Positions 36,180 to 50,200 are shown, counted from the first letter of the whole stretch. The stretch is 63,652 bases of DNA, filler included, from Octopus bimaculoides (GCF_001194135.2; 7 parts of 7 records of this genome joined end to end with filler, not necessarily neighbours in it); one strand, 5' to 3'. Numbers and translations are program-made. Notes: generated from the sequence alone by a model not told the origin.

Positions 36180-38160
36180 AATTCGCAACAAAATAAATAC
36201 AAAATGAAAGAAATCCTCTGGCAATCTTTAATGAGATTTGTAAGCAATCAATAGTACTAAACAAAAAAATGAAAGAAAAATACTGCATAAATACAAAACA
36301 TCAAAACAAGGTTACCTGAGATAAAAGAACAGTTAAAGCAAACTATTCGCATAGCACGAAGAATCCGTCGGTATGAGAAACGCCAAAGTCTCCTTGAAAA
36401 AAAGAAATAGTTTAAAAGTTATCCAAAACAATTCTACCAAGAAAACATCTCGTAGAAAACAATTTGTTTCTATAAGTGTATAATGGATGTTACAAAGGCT
36501 CATATCACAGTAAAGATCATCTGTTGATCAATAAAGCCATAACTGAAGAAAGCTGCATGAAAAAGAAGAGTCTAAGCATACCTTGGATTGATTACAGAAA
36601 GGATTTTCACAGTATTCTACATTTATGTAGCCTGGGAACACTAGCTATGAACAAGGCAGCACCAACAATAATAAAATATATAAAACAGGCCATGAATAAA
36701 TGACAAACATTTCTGTAGCTCCAGGCAAAAGCAGAACCATAAAAACTAAATCCATACCCATTAAAAGAATAATATTTCAAGGAGAGTCGCTCTCTCTACT
36801 CCTTTTCCGTCTGGAACTGATGCCTTTAAGTAACATGCTAAACAGAACTGGATGTGAATAAAACTGATAGGGTAAAAATAATCAATGATTATATGGATGA
36901 TCTCAAGCTGTATGCCTCAAACGATAAACAACTGGAAACATTACTACAATGCCTGGATTTTCCAAAGTAGTCAATATGAACATCGGCTTGGAAACGTGTA
37001 CCAAAGCAACCTTAAAAAGTAGAAAATTAGTTAAGAGTAACAATATCACACAATATAAAGAAAATAAAAGAATTAGACCAAATCCAGATATACAAATACC
37101 TAGGAATCAATAAACAAGATACAGTACAACAATATACAGTACAACAAGTACAAATGAAAGAAAAGTTAATGCATGAATGCCGTTGATGACTTTGATTAAT
37201 ATTTAAAAGAGAGCTCAATGACAAAAACAAGTAAATGGGTATCATTACGCAAGGTGCCTCAATTATTTTACAATTACAATGTCCTTAACTGGTCACTAAA
37301 TGAGCTAGCCAAACTTGAGCGGAAAACCAGAAAATAATGACGGAATTTAGAATACAGCACCCAACATCTGACAGAAATATATGTACAACGAATTGAAGGT
37401 GGTAGAGGCCTTATGCAACTAGAAAACTACTATAAAATAACAACTATAAAATTATAGAAATATCTAACTCAGAACCAAGGAAAACTAATACAAACAGCAA
37501 CAAAACATGAGAGAATGAAATACAATAAAGAGGCAATAGTACTTGATAGCCATGAAGAAAAAGTGCATTCAACAAAAGATGTAAAGCAATTAAGAATTAG
37601 ACTAAAACTGGAGATAAAAATAACATGATAAAATGATGGCAAGAAAAGCCCTTACATGGCAAATACTGGGATAAGTTAAAGGGAAACGAAATAAAGTAAA
37701 ATCTCAACAAAGTTTGAGAAGCTCAAGAATCAGAGCAGAGACTGAAAGATTTTCAATTGCAGCACAAGATCAAAGCGTCCTCACCAGAAACACATAATGA
37801 AGAAAAGTATGTGCCAGCAGTATATTTGGTGAAGGGAGTAGAAACAATGAATCATATTGTCTTTGGCTGCCCAGTGCCTGAGTAAGGTGTAACGTATCCG
37901 CATACGGGACAGAGTTTGGACCTACATACACTGGAAACTATGCCAACATTATGAAATTACAATAGAAAAAATATATAGTAAGTAACCATACTCAGGGATG
38001 GTTAAGTATACAAAAATAGAGAGATCAAAGTTAACAGACCGGATATAGATGTCAGAGATTATGGAGAAAAAACAAATACGTATCAGTCTTAAGAGATGAC
38101 ACTGTTTCTGAATAAGGAACAGGAAAACTTTCAAAATACAAATCTCTGGAAACAGAGGGA
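36180..38160 (+). mobile_element. R4/Dong-clade non-LTR retrotransposon (RT, zinc finger, RLE), heavily decayed
   Basis: RRIRRYEKRQ, SIPWIDYRKDFHSILH, IFQGESLSLLLF, YMDDLKLYA, YKYLGI, RIEGGRGL, AAQDQ, ETMNHIVFGCP, NRPDI, SKYKSLETE. Confidence 0.88.
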
Positions 38161-38166
38161 AGGAGG

Positions 38167-38269
38167 ATAAAGAAGAAGAATAAGAAGACGAAGAAGAAGA
38201 AGAAGAAGAAGAAGAAGAAGAAGAAGAAGAAGAAGAAGAAGAAGAAGAAGAAGAAGAAGAAGAAGAAGA
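38167..38269. repeat. (GAA)n microsatellite
   Basis: Direct reading. Runs into a gap. Confidence 0.95.
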
Positions 38270-39889
38270 NNNNNNNNNNNNNNNNNNNNNNNNNNNNNNN
38301 NNNNNNNNNNNNNNNNNNNNNNNNNNNNNNNNNNNNNNNNNNNNNNNNNNNNNNNNNNNNNNNNNNNNNNNNNNNNNNNNNNNNNNNNNNNNNNNNNNNN
38401 NNNNNNNNNNNNNNNNNNNNNNNNNNNNNNNNNNNNNNNNNNNNNNNNNNNNNNNNNNNNNNAGGGGAGGAGGGGGATGGGGAGAAAAAGAAAAAAGAAA
38501 AAGAAGAGACAATGAGAAAACAACGACAACGACGAAGGCTACATTCATGATGATGCTGATGATGATGATGACGACTATGATGATTATGAAGAGCATGACG
38601 ATGATGACAATGGTGATGATGATCGTGCAAAGTAAGGTGAGTACTTTACTTGTGTACTCACATTGATTACATTTTGAAGTTATAGATCAGATGTAAAGAA
38701 AGAGAAATTGATTAAGAAATAAGGTACCACGCAACCTACTCATCAGTACTATTCCGTGGAATATAATTTACAAAGGACACTTTCATATTAGAATAACATC
38801 ATCATTCATTGCTTTCAAGAGCTACGGAACAGCACAACTACACATTATCTCACAAACAACCGTAATTAGGCTTTCATAAATATTTTATTCAGTAGCTTGT
38901 ATTAATTATAACCAGTATAGCATGGAAAATGATAGCACATGCACGAGCACACACTCACACACACACACATTCATGCCCACACGCGCGCACACTCATACAC
39001 ACACACGCGCACACACATCTACTCACACACACATAGTGGAATATAATATAAATTTTTAGCGAATTTGTACATCAGAATACACATCAGATGTTTGTATTTC
39101 GAGAGTTTCTCGTTTCTTTTAGAGATATCTAATCATCTATTGGGATTGTTACATCGATTAGAAGGCAATGTCTTTTTTTCATGATCTCTGTCAAGTATAT
39201 CCAGTCTATTAGCTTTGATTTCTGTTTCTGTGTGTATTGACATATCCCTGGGTGTAGTTGCTTGTCATTTTCTTAGACCTTTTCTGGGACATGCTTATAT
39301 CACATTCTAGCCAAGATATGTATAAATATAGATCGTAGAAATCCAAACCTAAAGATTTATACGTCAGAATATACGATCCTGAGATGAATAGTAAAATTCA
39401 CTTCAGTCTGTGTTTTATCTGTTCTGTCACATTGCGATCTATGTTATTATTCTGCTTGTCAAGCTTTGTTTCAGCGTTAAGCTTTTAACATTTTAAACTC
39501 TGGAACCAAATAGTAAATGTAAACGAAATGAGTAACATAATAAATCAATGTCAAATGTCATGCATAATTGTTTACCGTAACAGGACAATGTGGTTAAAAG
39601 TGTATCAATTTAAGCATCAAAATATAAACGGAAACATTTGTAAAATCGTATATTTCCCCAAAATTGTATATAGTGTAAAACAAGAATCTTTGCTTACGTA
39701 GGCACATGACCACGGATATTGTGAAAGGGTGTAGTCGACTGTATACCGGCTCCAGTACTTGTACATTTTTTCAGCCACTGAAAGGGGGAATCACTGTGAT
39801 TTGAACTTAGAATATAACGAGAGAGACCTAATTACCAGGAACTATCTTTTCTTCAATTCTACATATTCAGCCACAATTCACTTATATAT

Positions 39890-40102
39890 CATTTCCACTA
39901 TAGGCACAAGAAATTGAATATTAGATGAGTGGGGCTAGTCGATTTAATCGGCCCCATGCTCAACTGGTTCTTATTTTATCAACTCCGAAAGAATGAAATG
40001 CAAAGTCGACCTTGGTGGAATGTCTGCTCAGAATGTAATGACGGACGAAATGCTGTTAAGTATTTTGTTCGGCGTGCCAACGATTCTGGCAGCTCACCGC
40101 CT
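39890..40102 (-). mobile_element. SINE S3
   Basis: Reverse-complement match to 52953-53160. Confidence 0.75.
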
Positions 40103-40929
40103 TATTTCACTTATATAAACAATAATCGCCAAATGATTTATTGCTCACTATATGTTCGCACGTGGGCTTTTGTAGTTGTGCGCCTTTGTCTATATATATA
40201 TATATGTATGTATATATATANNNNNNNNNNNNNNNNNNNNNNNNNNNNATATATATATCGTAACATTTCAAATTGCATTTGTCTCTGATGGAACATATTA
40301 ATTAAATCCATGGATCCTAGACACAGTTATAAGCTTAGGTTCATAAAGATATAATCAATCATGCTAAGTTTCCAAATAATCCTCCAAACCTAAGCTGAAT
40401 TTTCTACGCACTGTGACGTCTTTAATCAATAAAAAGAAATAATCAACGGAGGACATTGACCCTTTCATGGATATTTAAACAGCATTAACTTCGTTACTAG
40501 AAAGAAGAACAATAATGTGTGATGTTCATTTATATACTGTTAAAATTTAGTCATTTCCCTGAAGACGTAATAAAATTCTAAGAGTGCCGGCTGTATATGA
40601 CAACAACATATACTTGTTCATAAAACGTTTTTCAAAGATTCACTAATGCGACAACCAATTAAACATACATAACCAACATGGCAACACACTACTGAAAGCA
40701 TTATCATGGCATCATTGATTGACTAGCAAGATATAGCGAAACCAACTGCAAGTCATACCAAATCGTCACATACTGTATAAGCAAATATGCGGTAATCTAG
40801 TATTCCAGTCGAGGATAACAGGGTGATCACAGACGGAATGTTTTTGGGTACAAATACGTTTGGACATTGCTAACATAGCACCGCACACTGATATTTCTAC
40901 CCCGTTAATAATTACTAGAGAAAATACAA

Positions 40930-41062
40930 ATTCTGCTGTGTTCACTTTGCCTTTCATCCTTTCAAGGTCAATAAAATAAGTACCAGCTGAGTTTTGGGCT
41001 CGATTTAATCCGCTTGGCCCCACTCCCAAAGGTGCTGACCTTGTGTCAAAGTTTGAAACCAA
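40930..41062 (+). mobile_element. SINE S3, 3' part
   Basis: TTTGCCTTTCATCCTTTC..AATAAGTACCAG..CCTTGTGTCAAAGTTTGAAACC. Confidence 0.7.
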
Positions 41063-41689
41063 TAATTACAACTGCAAATTCCTTGAATATAAACGGTAGA
41101 ACTCTTGATAGTTTTTCACTTTAGCGATCGCTAATACATTAACAACATGTATTACAACCCTCCTACCGCTACTAACAAGAATTGTACAACTTCCCATTGA
41201 ATCCCGTACACATATGTACACGGAGCATCAACCAGAATTCAGCTAATATTTACCGATCTCCATCAAAATGATTACATGTAATATTTTTACTGAATGAATT
41301 ATCATGCAACTCCTGTTCTTGCCACCATCTTAGTTGCACCACGTGTTAGTGGTGTTTTCATTTATTACAAACTTCACAAATGTCTTTCTTTTAGTTGCTG
41401 ATTACATTTTCTTTTGTTGGCAGGACATTTCATGTAATTGATGTTACGGAGTAGCAGAAACAGTAGAAATTTAAACTATGTACGATAGAATATTTAAGAA
41501 GATCATTTTCTGAGTTCAGGTTCACATTGCCTCATGAACTTTCTACATCAATGACAGCTCAGTAAGTGCCGTCGAATCATTATTAAAGTAGATACTGACA
41601 CATGTTCACTCTACCGAAATATTACATCATTAAATGGACTAAATCTATGTAAAAAACTGAAGCTTTTTCCTCCTATTTAATGTACTGTT

Positions 41690-42400
41690 TCCTCATTAAG
41701 ATTTGTACAGGTTATTGTTTATCTCCAGATCATTCCTTACGTAACGGCTGACCTTTCATTCAGGCCGTTTCAAATGTGTCAATGTTTGGGGGAGCGTTCT
41801 TTTATGGAACCATGCTATGTCTAGCAGTGCAGTATCCAATGTGTCTTTGCTTTTTAGAAGGATTCTAGGGTGTGATTAGTGAGTCTTAACTCCCATTTCT
41901 TGGAATAAAACCAGCCACATAGAAGCTCTATCCTTGGCTCGATTAAATCTGAATTTATTAGTGCTGATCTTAGTAAAGATTTGCTTTGACATTTTTCGAT
42001 AGCCTTCATATTTATTATTGTTGATCTTGTAGTTTCTATTTTTAGTATTATTTTATTGCTTCTACTGTTACTAGCAGTACATTTCGTGTTGGTGCTGATG
42101 GCAACGTTGCTGTTTTTTTCCTGTTTTGATTTGTTCTCTCGTGTTGTTACTGTTGTTACTATGGTGGTTGTGTTTAATCCTGATATTTTTCAGTGACTGT
42201 TTATTCTTACTGACATTAGATTGTTTACTAGTGTAATTGATATTTTTCGGTATTTCTTGGCGTTATTACCGCTGTTTATAACCATGTTATTGCTGATATC
42301 GCTGCTACTATTGTTTTCAGTGATACTGCTAAAGTAGGAACCAATTTACTGCTGAGCTTTTCGGTGAATATTTAGTTTTTATTATACCTCTTATCTAAGT
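41690..42400 (-). mobile_element. Old Penelope-like 3' region (Asn/Ser/Thr-rich linker and GIY-YIG remnant)
   Basis: Frameshifted CQSKS.., FYVAG, KWELRLTNH, DTALLDIAW resemble the PLE endonuclease, preceded by N/S/T-rich sequence. Confidence 0.4.
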
Positions 42401-42604
42401 TAGTCTAATTAAGATATGAAATGTACCATTAATTAATTGATTAATTGACGTTCCAGCTTGAGCGATTCAGCATTGCCTCCTAAGATTAGATTCTTGCAAG
42501 CAGTTACGCATCTGCACCCACACCAGAACAAACACAGCCATTTTGACAACAATGCTGCACTCTTTCTCTCTGTCTCTCTTTCTGCCTCCTCTCTCCCTTT
42601 TTCT

Positions 42605-42639
<35 letters not shown>

Positions 42640-43039
42640 CTCCTTTCTCTACTCCCCCACAGCATACAATACATCACTGCCTATGATATCTTTAGCATTA
42701 TCATCACCAACAAGATACCCAAGATACATTAAAATGATTTAGCACTACCAATACATTCGTAACTTTTGCTGCACCATCAACAATACGCATTGTCCTGGTT
42801 ACTATCACTGAAATCACATTTTCCAAACCAAATAACGCGAAAGACGAGAAACCAAGAATACCAACTGCAACCTCTAGAACACCGATGCATTCAGGCTTTT
42901 TATTTCAGTAGGGTGAACATAAAGTCTTCTGGGAAGTACTTTAGAGCCCTCGAGAATATTACAAATCATTCTTTTCCAGCATTATGTGCTGAGGGCTTTA
43001 TATACAGGCACACGAGAATGCACTAACATACACTCAATC

Positions 43040-43198
43040 ACTGGCCGTGTAGTAAGAAGTTAGCTTCGGAACCACATGGTTCTAGATTCAGTACCACTGC
43101 GTGACTCCTTGTGCAAGAGTCTTGCAAGTAAATTTGTTGGAAGGAAACAACAAGAAGCCCGTGGTATGTATATATATATATGTGTGTGTGTGTGTGTA

Positions 43199-43231
<33 letters not shown>

Positions 43232-43428
43232 NNNNNNNNNNNNNNNNNNNNNNNNNNNNNNNNNNNNNNATATACATTCTTTTATCATTTTACTTGTTAC
43301 AGTCATTTTTTAGTCGAACAAAACGCCCCCATAACTTATTCTTTGTAAGCTTAGTACTTATTCACTCGGTGTCTTTTGCCGTAAGACTAAGTGATGGGGT
43401 TAGGGTTGTCAAGCGATGGTGGGGTGAC
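43040..43428. mobile_element. SINE S2 head (+, 43040-43165), microsatellite/gap, then S2 tail in opposite orientation (43275-43428)
   Basis: Head matches 2488-2640. Tail is the reverse complement of 2740-2928. Confidence 0.7.
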
Positions 43429-43431
43429 ATA

Positions 43432-43461
43432 TTGGGTTGTCCCGAAAGTTCGTGCCGATTT
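43432..43461 (+). mobile_element. Solo mariner-like terminal inverted repeat
   Basis: TA|TTGGGTTGTCCCGAAAGTTCGTGCCGATTT resembles mariner TIR starts. Partner not found. Confidence 0.4.
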
Positions 43462-43712
43462 ATAGTGGCTTACCATTCGGCTTATTTGCCTTGAAACCAC
43501 CTCAATTCTGGGAAGAGGGTATTTTCAAGTTAAAAGCAAGATGGTGATGCATTGTGCAACAAAATGGTTCATATTTGGTTGATTAAAAATGTAATGGCAT
43601 GTATTGGTCGCTCCAAGGTTTTATAGAAGATATTTACCCAAGGTACCATACAATGGGACTGAGCCCAGAATCGTGTATTTCGGAAGCAAGCTTCAAACCA
43701 AGCAGCCATTCC

Positions 43713-43777
<65 letters not shown>
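43713..43777. repeat. (GATA)n microsatellite (another at 60181-60286)
   Basis: Direct reading. Confidence 0.95.
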
Positions 43778-44779
43778 CAGTTCGTTCTGTTTACCGGCGA
43801 CATTATAAGGACGACTGCAATCTAGACACGGCTGAAAAATGTAGGCTTACTGAACAACTCTGGCGTTAAACCTCGACTGGTGACACGAGAGAATTACTGT
43901 AATACACGTATACTCGTGGAACATAGATCTTTTGAATAGTTGGGTTTTTTTTTTTAATATCATAACAAGATGTTCAGTACCGTTTCACTTCCACCTGGTA
44001 GACAACAGGCATACTGGGAACGTTCATAGATAAAGGGACGCTTACAAACATACATACAAACATACATAACTACATAGTATGTACATACACACATAGATAC
44101 ATACGTGTGCGTGTGTGTGTGTGGGGGGGGTTGTGTGTGTGTGTTGGAATAAGTTATTGTTTTCGAAACGTCAAAGCATTGTTCGTTACACTACTTCTAA
44201 AATGATCGTAATATAGATTTTGTTGTTTTCATGAGACATTCGCATGAACGTGTAGACGGTTGGCGGGGTGTGGAAAGCGAGATGGAATTCATCGATCTAC
44301 AAAGCAATACTATACATGAAAAAATGAGCTATATATTATATACAGAAGCGGTTGTCGACACGCGATATAATTGTAATGGGGATCATAGCCATCCTGCTTC
44401 CTATCATCATTCTCTTCCTTATCAGATTCATTATTGTCTTCAGTAATGCTACCTATTCAGCCATTGTGTATCACTCCACATCACCAGAATGTCCACTCTT
44501 TCCACAAACACTCCGCACTTGTCATGTCGTACTGTAATGGTTTTTAACTTTATGCGTTCGGTTCTCCCATCATTCAATCAACCATTTTTTTCTACATGGA
44601 ATTGGTTGCAGTAGCATACGTTAAACGACCTTTTCTCTAAGTGTACTACTATTCAAAATTTAATCATATTTTGCTTCTTTTTAATAAAAGTAACGCAGAT
44701 AATTTCAAACACATTTATTCACATCGCAAGTATGACATGTAGATCCTATCCAGATAACAGACACCGATATTGGTTTCCG

Positions 44780-45160
44780 ATTTGGCTACAACGCTGGCAT
44801 GTTGCAGAGGAAGGGATAAGTCGATTACATAGCCCTGGTACTTCTAGGGCACTTTCATATACACCAAAAAGGTTGAAAGATTAAGTGGAGTTCGTTAAAA
44901 TTTGAACTCAAAACATAGATAGAGGACATGCGACTAAGCATCTTGCGTGGAGTGCAAAGTTTGTGTCAGGTGGCTGCTTTGTAGTAGTGGCTTTGTGGTA
45001 AGAAACTTGCTTGCAAACCACACGGTTCCGGACTCAGTGCCACTGCGTAGTATCTTGGGCAAGTGTCATCTTCTAATATAGCCTGGAGGTGAGGAACAAA
45101 GCTTTGTGATTGAATTTAGCAAACGGAAACTGAAATAAAACAGTGGTGTGTAAGTATATA
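44780..45160. mobile_element. Degenerate SINE S3 (-, 44780-44960) head-to-head with S2 head (+, 44985-45160)
   Basis: Similarity to other S3 and S2 copies in the window. Confidence 0.6.
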
Positions 45161-45418
45161 TATATNNNNNNNNNNNNNNNNNNNNNNNNNNNNNNNNNNN
45201 NNNNNNNNNNNNNNNNNNNNNNNNNNNNNNNNNNNNNNNNNNNNNNNNNNNNNNNNNNNNNNNNNNNNNNNNNNNNNNNNNNNNNNNNNNNNNNNNNNNN
45301 NNNNNNNNNNNNNNNNNNNNNNNNNNNNNNNNNNNNNNNNNNNNNNNNNNNNNNNNNNNNNNNNNNNNNNNNNNNNNNNNNNNNNNNNNNNNNNNNNNNN
45401 NNNNNNNNNNNNNNNNNN

Positions 45419-45947
45419 GTGAGAGAGCAGTGCATGCCATCAAAATGAAACAGGCGTAAAATATACGAAGCCCATTATACCCATCATGATTACCCGTCTG
45501 ATAAAGGTACACCAGGCACATGCATCACAACCATATGTGCGTGATATGGTGATCTCATATCAAGATAAACAGTGCATGACCTCGCAGGTGGGGCTCAGTT
45601 AGAATTTTCTTGAGGTTGAGTAGCCCATCCCGCTCAAAAGGTCCTTGAATAAGGTTTGTTTAAGAATGTTGAGCAAAACACCCATGTTTCCAAAGGTGAA
45701 TTATTCAAACCGCAAATAATTCCTCTCAACACATGGCTATGATGCTCCCCACTACTTCTGCTCATGATCAGAGATGCACATATCGTCAGCAACCAAGGGA
45801 CATGCTCAACTGGTTAAGGTCAAGCAATTGACAAGCAAATCTGCTGTATCCCATCTTTTATACCAAGTCAAAACAATGTACATGATAACACATGATAACA
45901 CTTCCAATGAGAAGGCATGGGAGCCACTGCCTGGTACTGCATCCGGG

Positions 45948-45949
<2 letters not shown>
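45419..45949. mobile_element. Interspersed repeat family B (~530 bp visible), abutting (TTA)n 45950-46022
   Basis: Homologous to 23695-23955. No ORF recognised. Confidence 0.85.
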
Positions 45950-46010
<61 letters not shown>

Positions 46011-46268
46011 CATTATTATTACTATAACAACAACAACATCGAAAAATAACTTAGGAATGAGAACCCATGTGCTTATACAGAACGATATTCAGTACTGAAT
46101 ATATTCTAATTATTTATAATATAATATAGGATAAATTCTTTATAAGATGCAACTGGATAAATTCAAAATCTCTTTCAGGGATATATAATTGTGAACAAAA
46201 GTCATCGTTGCTGTGATGGCTACATCGTGGTAGGTTGATTCTTGTTTATTTTTATATATCTTGACCAT

Positions 46269-46348
46269 ACGTGTACTGATGAACAAAAGAATATAGGTTA
46301 CTTCACAGTTTTTTTCTGTATTTGATTGAGAAACCAGTGGTCTACCGT
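46269..46348 (+). ncRNA. Degenerate type I hammerhead-like motif
   Basis: ACG(T)GTA-CTGATGA-[imperfect long stem II]-GAAACC-agt-GGTC^TACCGT. The stem II closing pair is mismatched. Confidence 0.35.
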
Positions 46349-47686
46349 TGAGTTAAATGTTTTTAAGAGATAAATTTTGAAAAGCTGCATTCCCTCTCTT
46401 TCGGTAAATATGTTGCTTATTTTTGGTAGTTTTTTTTTACTTATTTAGTCCGTCGATAGCGTGAGGCATTAATACACAGTTAATGCCCTTTATATATAAT
46501 TAAATATATCCATGAAGAAACGATGAATTTTTTTCATTACGAAATTTTTCGTTATTTTTTCATTATGAGTTTTTTTCACGCTGACTACTTGATAAATTCT
46601 TATAAAGAATTTATCCTATATATATAAATATAGGTATATTTAAAACATATATACACGTATAAATATGTAAATATATATATCTACATGTATATATATTACA
46701 TATATATGTACACATGTATATATATATACATGAGATATGCATTGTTGAAGTTTTGTAGTACATTTATTCCAAGAACACATACTTAAATGTTATGTATCTT
46801 CTATGAGAAACAGATGTATTTGCACTTTCTAGGGGGCACTGTCCCATGTTATAAACCCGATTAGGGGGGTTAACTTGTAAGATGGTAAAATGTTTGAAAT
46901 CGTCTTTACTTAGTACATAGTATTTCTGTTGCTATTTTCACTGAAGCCGGAGGTATTGGGAAATTCATAGTGGGTGTTTGACTCCCTTTCAGCTCCCTAA
47001 TCGCAATGGAAACTAAATTTTATGTAGCCCATCCTCTTTCTCGTAAAATGTTACATGAGAACACATACTTTGTTTTTATGTATCTTCTATTCCATTTTGT
47101 CCTATAGATATGAGCTTTATTATATAGGTATATATATATATATATTTATGGGAGAGTTGTGTGTGTGTATGTATGTGCTTGCGTATAAATATATACTTCT
47201 CTAAGCAAATCTCTACCAGTTCAAATAAATGAGATAGTTGCCATCTAAATTCCCTTGTTAGAATAAGCTCTTATGGCTTCCTCGATGCATTAACATTTAT
47301 ATAATCCCATGCAAATTCTCTGTGATCTGAAAGGAGATTTTAGCTAGACCCACATTTAATTTAGAAAAGGCACATATCATTTGAGGGCATATATTTGGGT
47401 TAATGTAATTTCATAGATGGCATATTTTAATTTTCTTTCTTTTTTAATTTCTTCACTTTGTCTATACATTCAGCCCTCTTTTTCGCGAATTACATTTTCT
47501 CTTAAGGTTACATCTATAAAGCCTCTTTCGAAACATATGGTTTATAACAAAAATTATTTATAATGTTCAAGAAAATACTGGCAATATTTCAACAAACTCT
47601 AATGAGATGTGAGTTGTATATCATACATAATTTCGTTTCATATTTTCGTGCACATGAATAGTAGTGGTGCTCCGTAGGCGACTTAC

Positions 47687-47795
47687 TTATATCGATTAAA
47701 AATTTGTCTTTTAATGCGTCATTGTATGCATAAGCATCTCGGCTACGCATTTTCCCCATTGAGGATAAGCTGAATAAGTGCTGAATAGTGTTATT
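47687..47795 (-). CDS. Candidate internal exon (109 nt): NNTIQHLFSLSSMGKMRSRDAYAYNDALKDKFLIDI
   Basis: Acceptor CCCTTGTATTTTGCAG and donor AA|GTAAGT. One frame is open. Protein not recognised. Confidence 0.4.
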
Positions 47796-48549
47796 CTGCA
47801 AAATACAAGGGTTACTAGAAATGGCTGCAATTTATATTATTGTAATGCACTTTCTCTTTAACGTTAGTGCAATGTCAATGCTGAAACCTCACACGTGTTT
47901 AAGACAAAAGCTATACTTAGATTCGACTGAGAATAAATGAAAATAAAACACATGATTTATGATCATGATCATGCATACGTAAAAGTGAGACGCGTTATCT
48001 TTACTTAATCAAATCATGATGTATAGTGGCTTGATGTTTTTCTGCTTTACATAATTTTTTCTATATTCCTATATTCATGGTCTACAATTAAGGTGTTTCT
48101 TGAATAATGAGAAACAGTTAATTACTTTACTGGTTTCTATTCTATTATTCCATGCCAAAATCCTCAAAAATACAGAATCAAGCTGTCCGTAGATATAAAT
48201 TAAATAGGAAATGTTCAATATTAAATGTAGAAGTAATAAAGTAAGTGTGTTGACACTTATACACACACACATGCATACACACATTACATATTCAAATGCT
48301 TTTGTTTGACTCAGAATAGTAAACGAAGTATTCGCTATCTGGTTTAGAATATATTTTTAGTTAGAATGACTTCTTTTACACCGTTATTTGGGTTTCCTCA
48401 ACTGCAATCATCAGCCACACCAAATATTAGTCTACAGTCTATGTAAAACCATACTCAAAAGCGAGAAGGTGAAACAAAACAATTCTCACGACGATTGCAA
48501 TGAGTTGAAGTGTTATCAAGTCACAAGCTTAGATATATATGCATATATA

Positions 48550-48590
<41 letters not shown>

Positions 48591-48939
48591 CGTTTGTCAA
48601 GTAAAAAGTAAATGTAACTTGTACAATCATCGCAGCAATACCAGGAAATAATTCCTTTCAACGAATATTAAGATCCACTAATGTAAAGAAATAGATGAAT
48701 GTAATAGTAATAATAGTCGGTTCTACAGTTTGAATTAAATCAAAATTTAATCCCACTCCCAAACCTCTATGTACAGTAACAATGATCAACAAAATATTAA
48801 TTTTCGCATTGTTTGCAACCATTGACATTTTAAGAAATATACGTCTGTCTAAAGTCATTACATGTACCACAGACCTGTAAAACAATGAATATATGACAAT
48901 AGTAAATATGAATACGTTGTAATGAAGCTGAGCATGTTT

Positions 48940-49042
48940 TGAGATGAAATACCACCGAGGTCGACTTTATCTTTCATCCTTTCGAGCTCGATAGAATAAG
49001 CAAACACTGAACACGCTGGCCTTGTGCGAAAATTTGAAACAA
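48940..49042 (+). mobile_element. SINE S3 remnant with internal deletion
   Basis: CCGAGGTCGACTTTATCTTTCATCCTTTCG..GGCCTTGTGCGAAAATTTGAAAC. Confidence 0.6.
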
Positions 49043-50123
49043 ATATGTAGTCAAAGTATGGCTTCGTCATCTTAGATGACTGCAATCACATTCCTTTATG
49101 CATAAAATATCCTTTCTCAATAAAGAGAAACATCATTATTGAGAATCAAACATCATTATATAGAATGAAGCAATCATGTAAACAATTATAAATTTTACAA
49201 CAGAGTAAACAGCGCCTAATCTGATTGTTAATAAAAATTGTCAGTTTTTTTCCAGAACGCATATTCTTGTATAGTCGACGCAGTATAACCGCAAAGAAAA
49301 TGGTGAAAAATGTGGGGACTGCAAAATGTGACGTGGCAAGTTTGCAACGAAAATAACACGCTTTTTCTATACATTATACACTTCTAGACGTATTCGACAG
49401 ATGAGGTCTTACATTAATCTCCCCCGCGGCATTTAATATTTTCAAACTCTTCTGCGGGTTAATTCATGCTGACTCAAGTCATCATGAATTTCTACGTGCT
49501 CTGTATTTTAGCTTTAAATAACCTGTTGAATAACATTTAATTAACTGACACAAAATTTGCTAAGATACAGCACGAATCTCCCTTAGCGAAATGTTGCAAT
49601 CCATGTTAGTTTGAAATGAAGAGCAAGAAACGTCAAATTTTTACTTGGATTAAATTGAATAAGAACTATTACAAAAATTTTAATATATTTATTGAGGAAT
49701 GTCAAACTGCTTCTGAGCTTACTTACAAATAAAAAAGAAAATACTCGAAATAATTTCTTCAGAGTTTATGCCTTCAAGACATCATCCTGGCACAATTTGA
49801 TATATCTATGAGACTATAACTAAGGATTAATCAAACACGGATGTTTTATAAAAATTTCAAGCGTATAATAATCATCAATACTACACTCATATGATTACAT
49901 GTATACAGACGGAATAGAAGCACGAAAAATACAAAGAGAGTAACAGCCAAATGGATGTCATTCTACACGGTCAAAGGACCTGCTAGAAATAGTTGCCAAA
50001 TTTCTTAAATAGCAATATATCGTTATCTTACGAAACTACGATACTGGAAGTAGCACAATTTTTCATACCTCTTCTCAGAGTGCTGATCTATGGAGTAACT
50101 ACAACTACCGCTGCTTATGCTCC

Positions 50124-50158
50124 TACTACTACTACTACTACTCCTCCTGCTGTTGCTG

Positions 50159-50197
<39 letters not shown>

Positions 50198-50200
50198 TTA
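50124..50200. repeat. (CTA)n microsatellite
   Basis: Direct reading. Confidence 0.9.

Noticed and set aside
38500-38645. Asp-rich frame followed by GTAAGG/GTGAGT
   Set aside because: GAT-type low-complexity repeat ending in a stop, with no acceptor.
38740-38746. CTGATGA box on minus strand
   Set aside because: No GAAA box or stems follow, so it is not a hammerhead.
44231-44537. Hydrophobic ORF (RDIIVMGIIAILLPIIILFLI) and an acidic antisense frame
   Set aside because: Short, no family match, no convincing splice pair.
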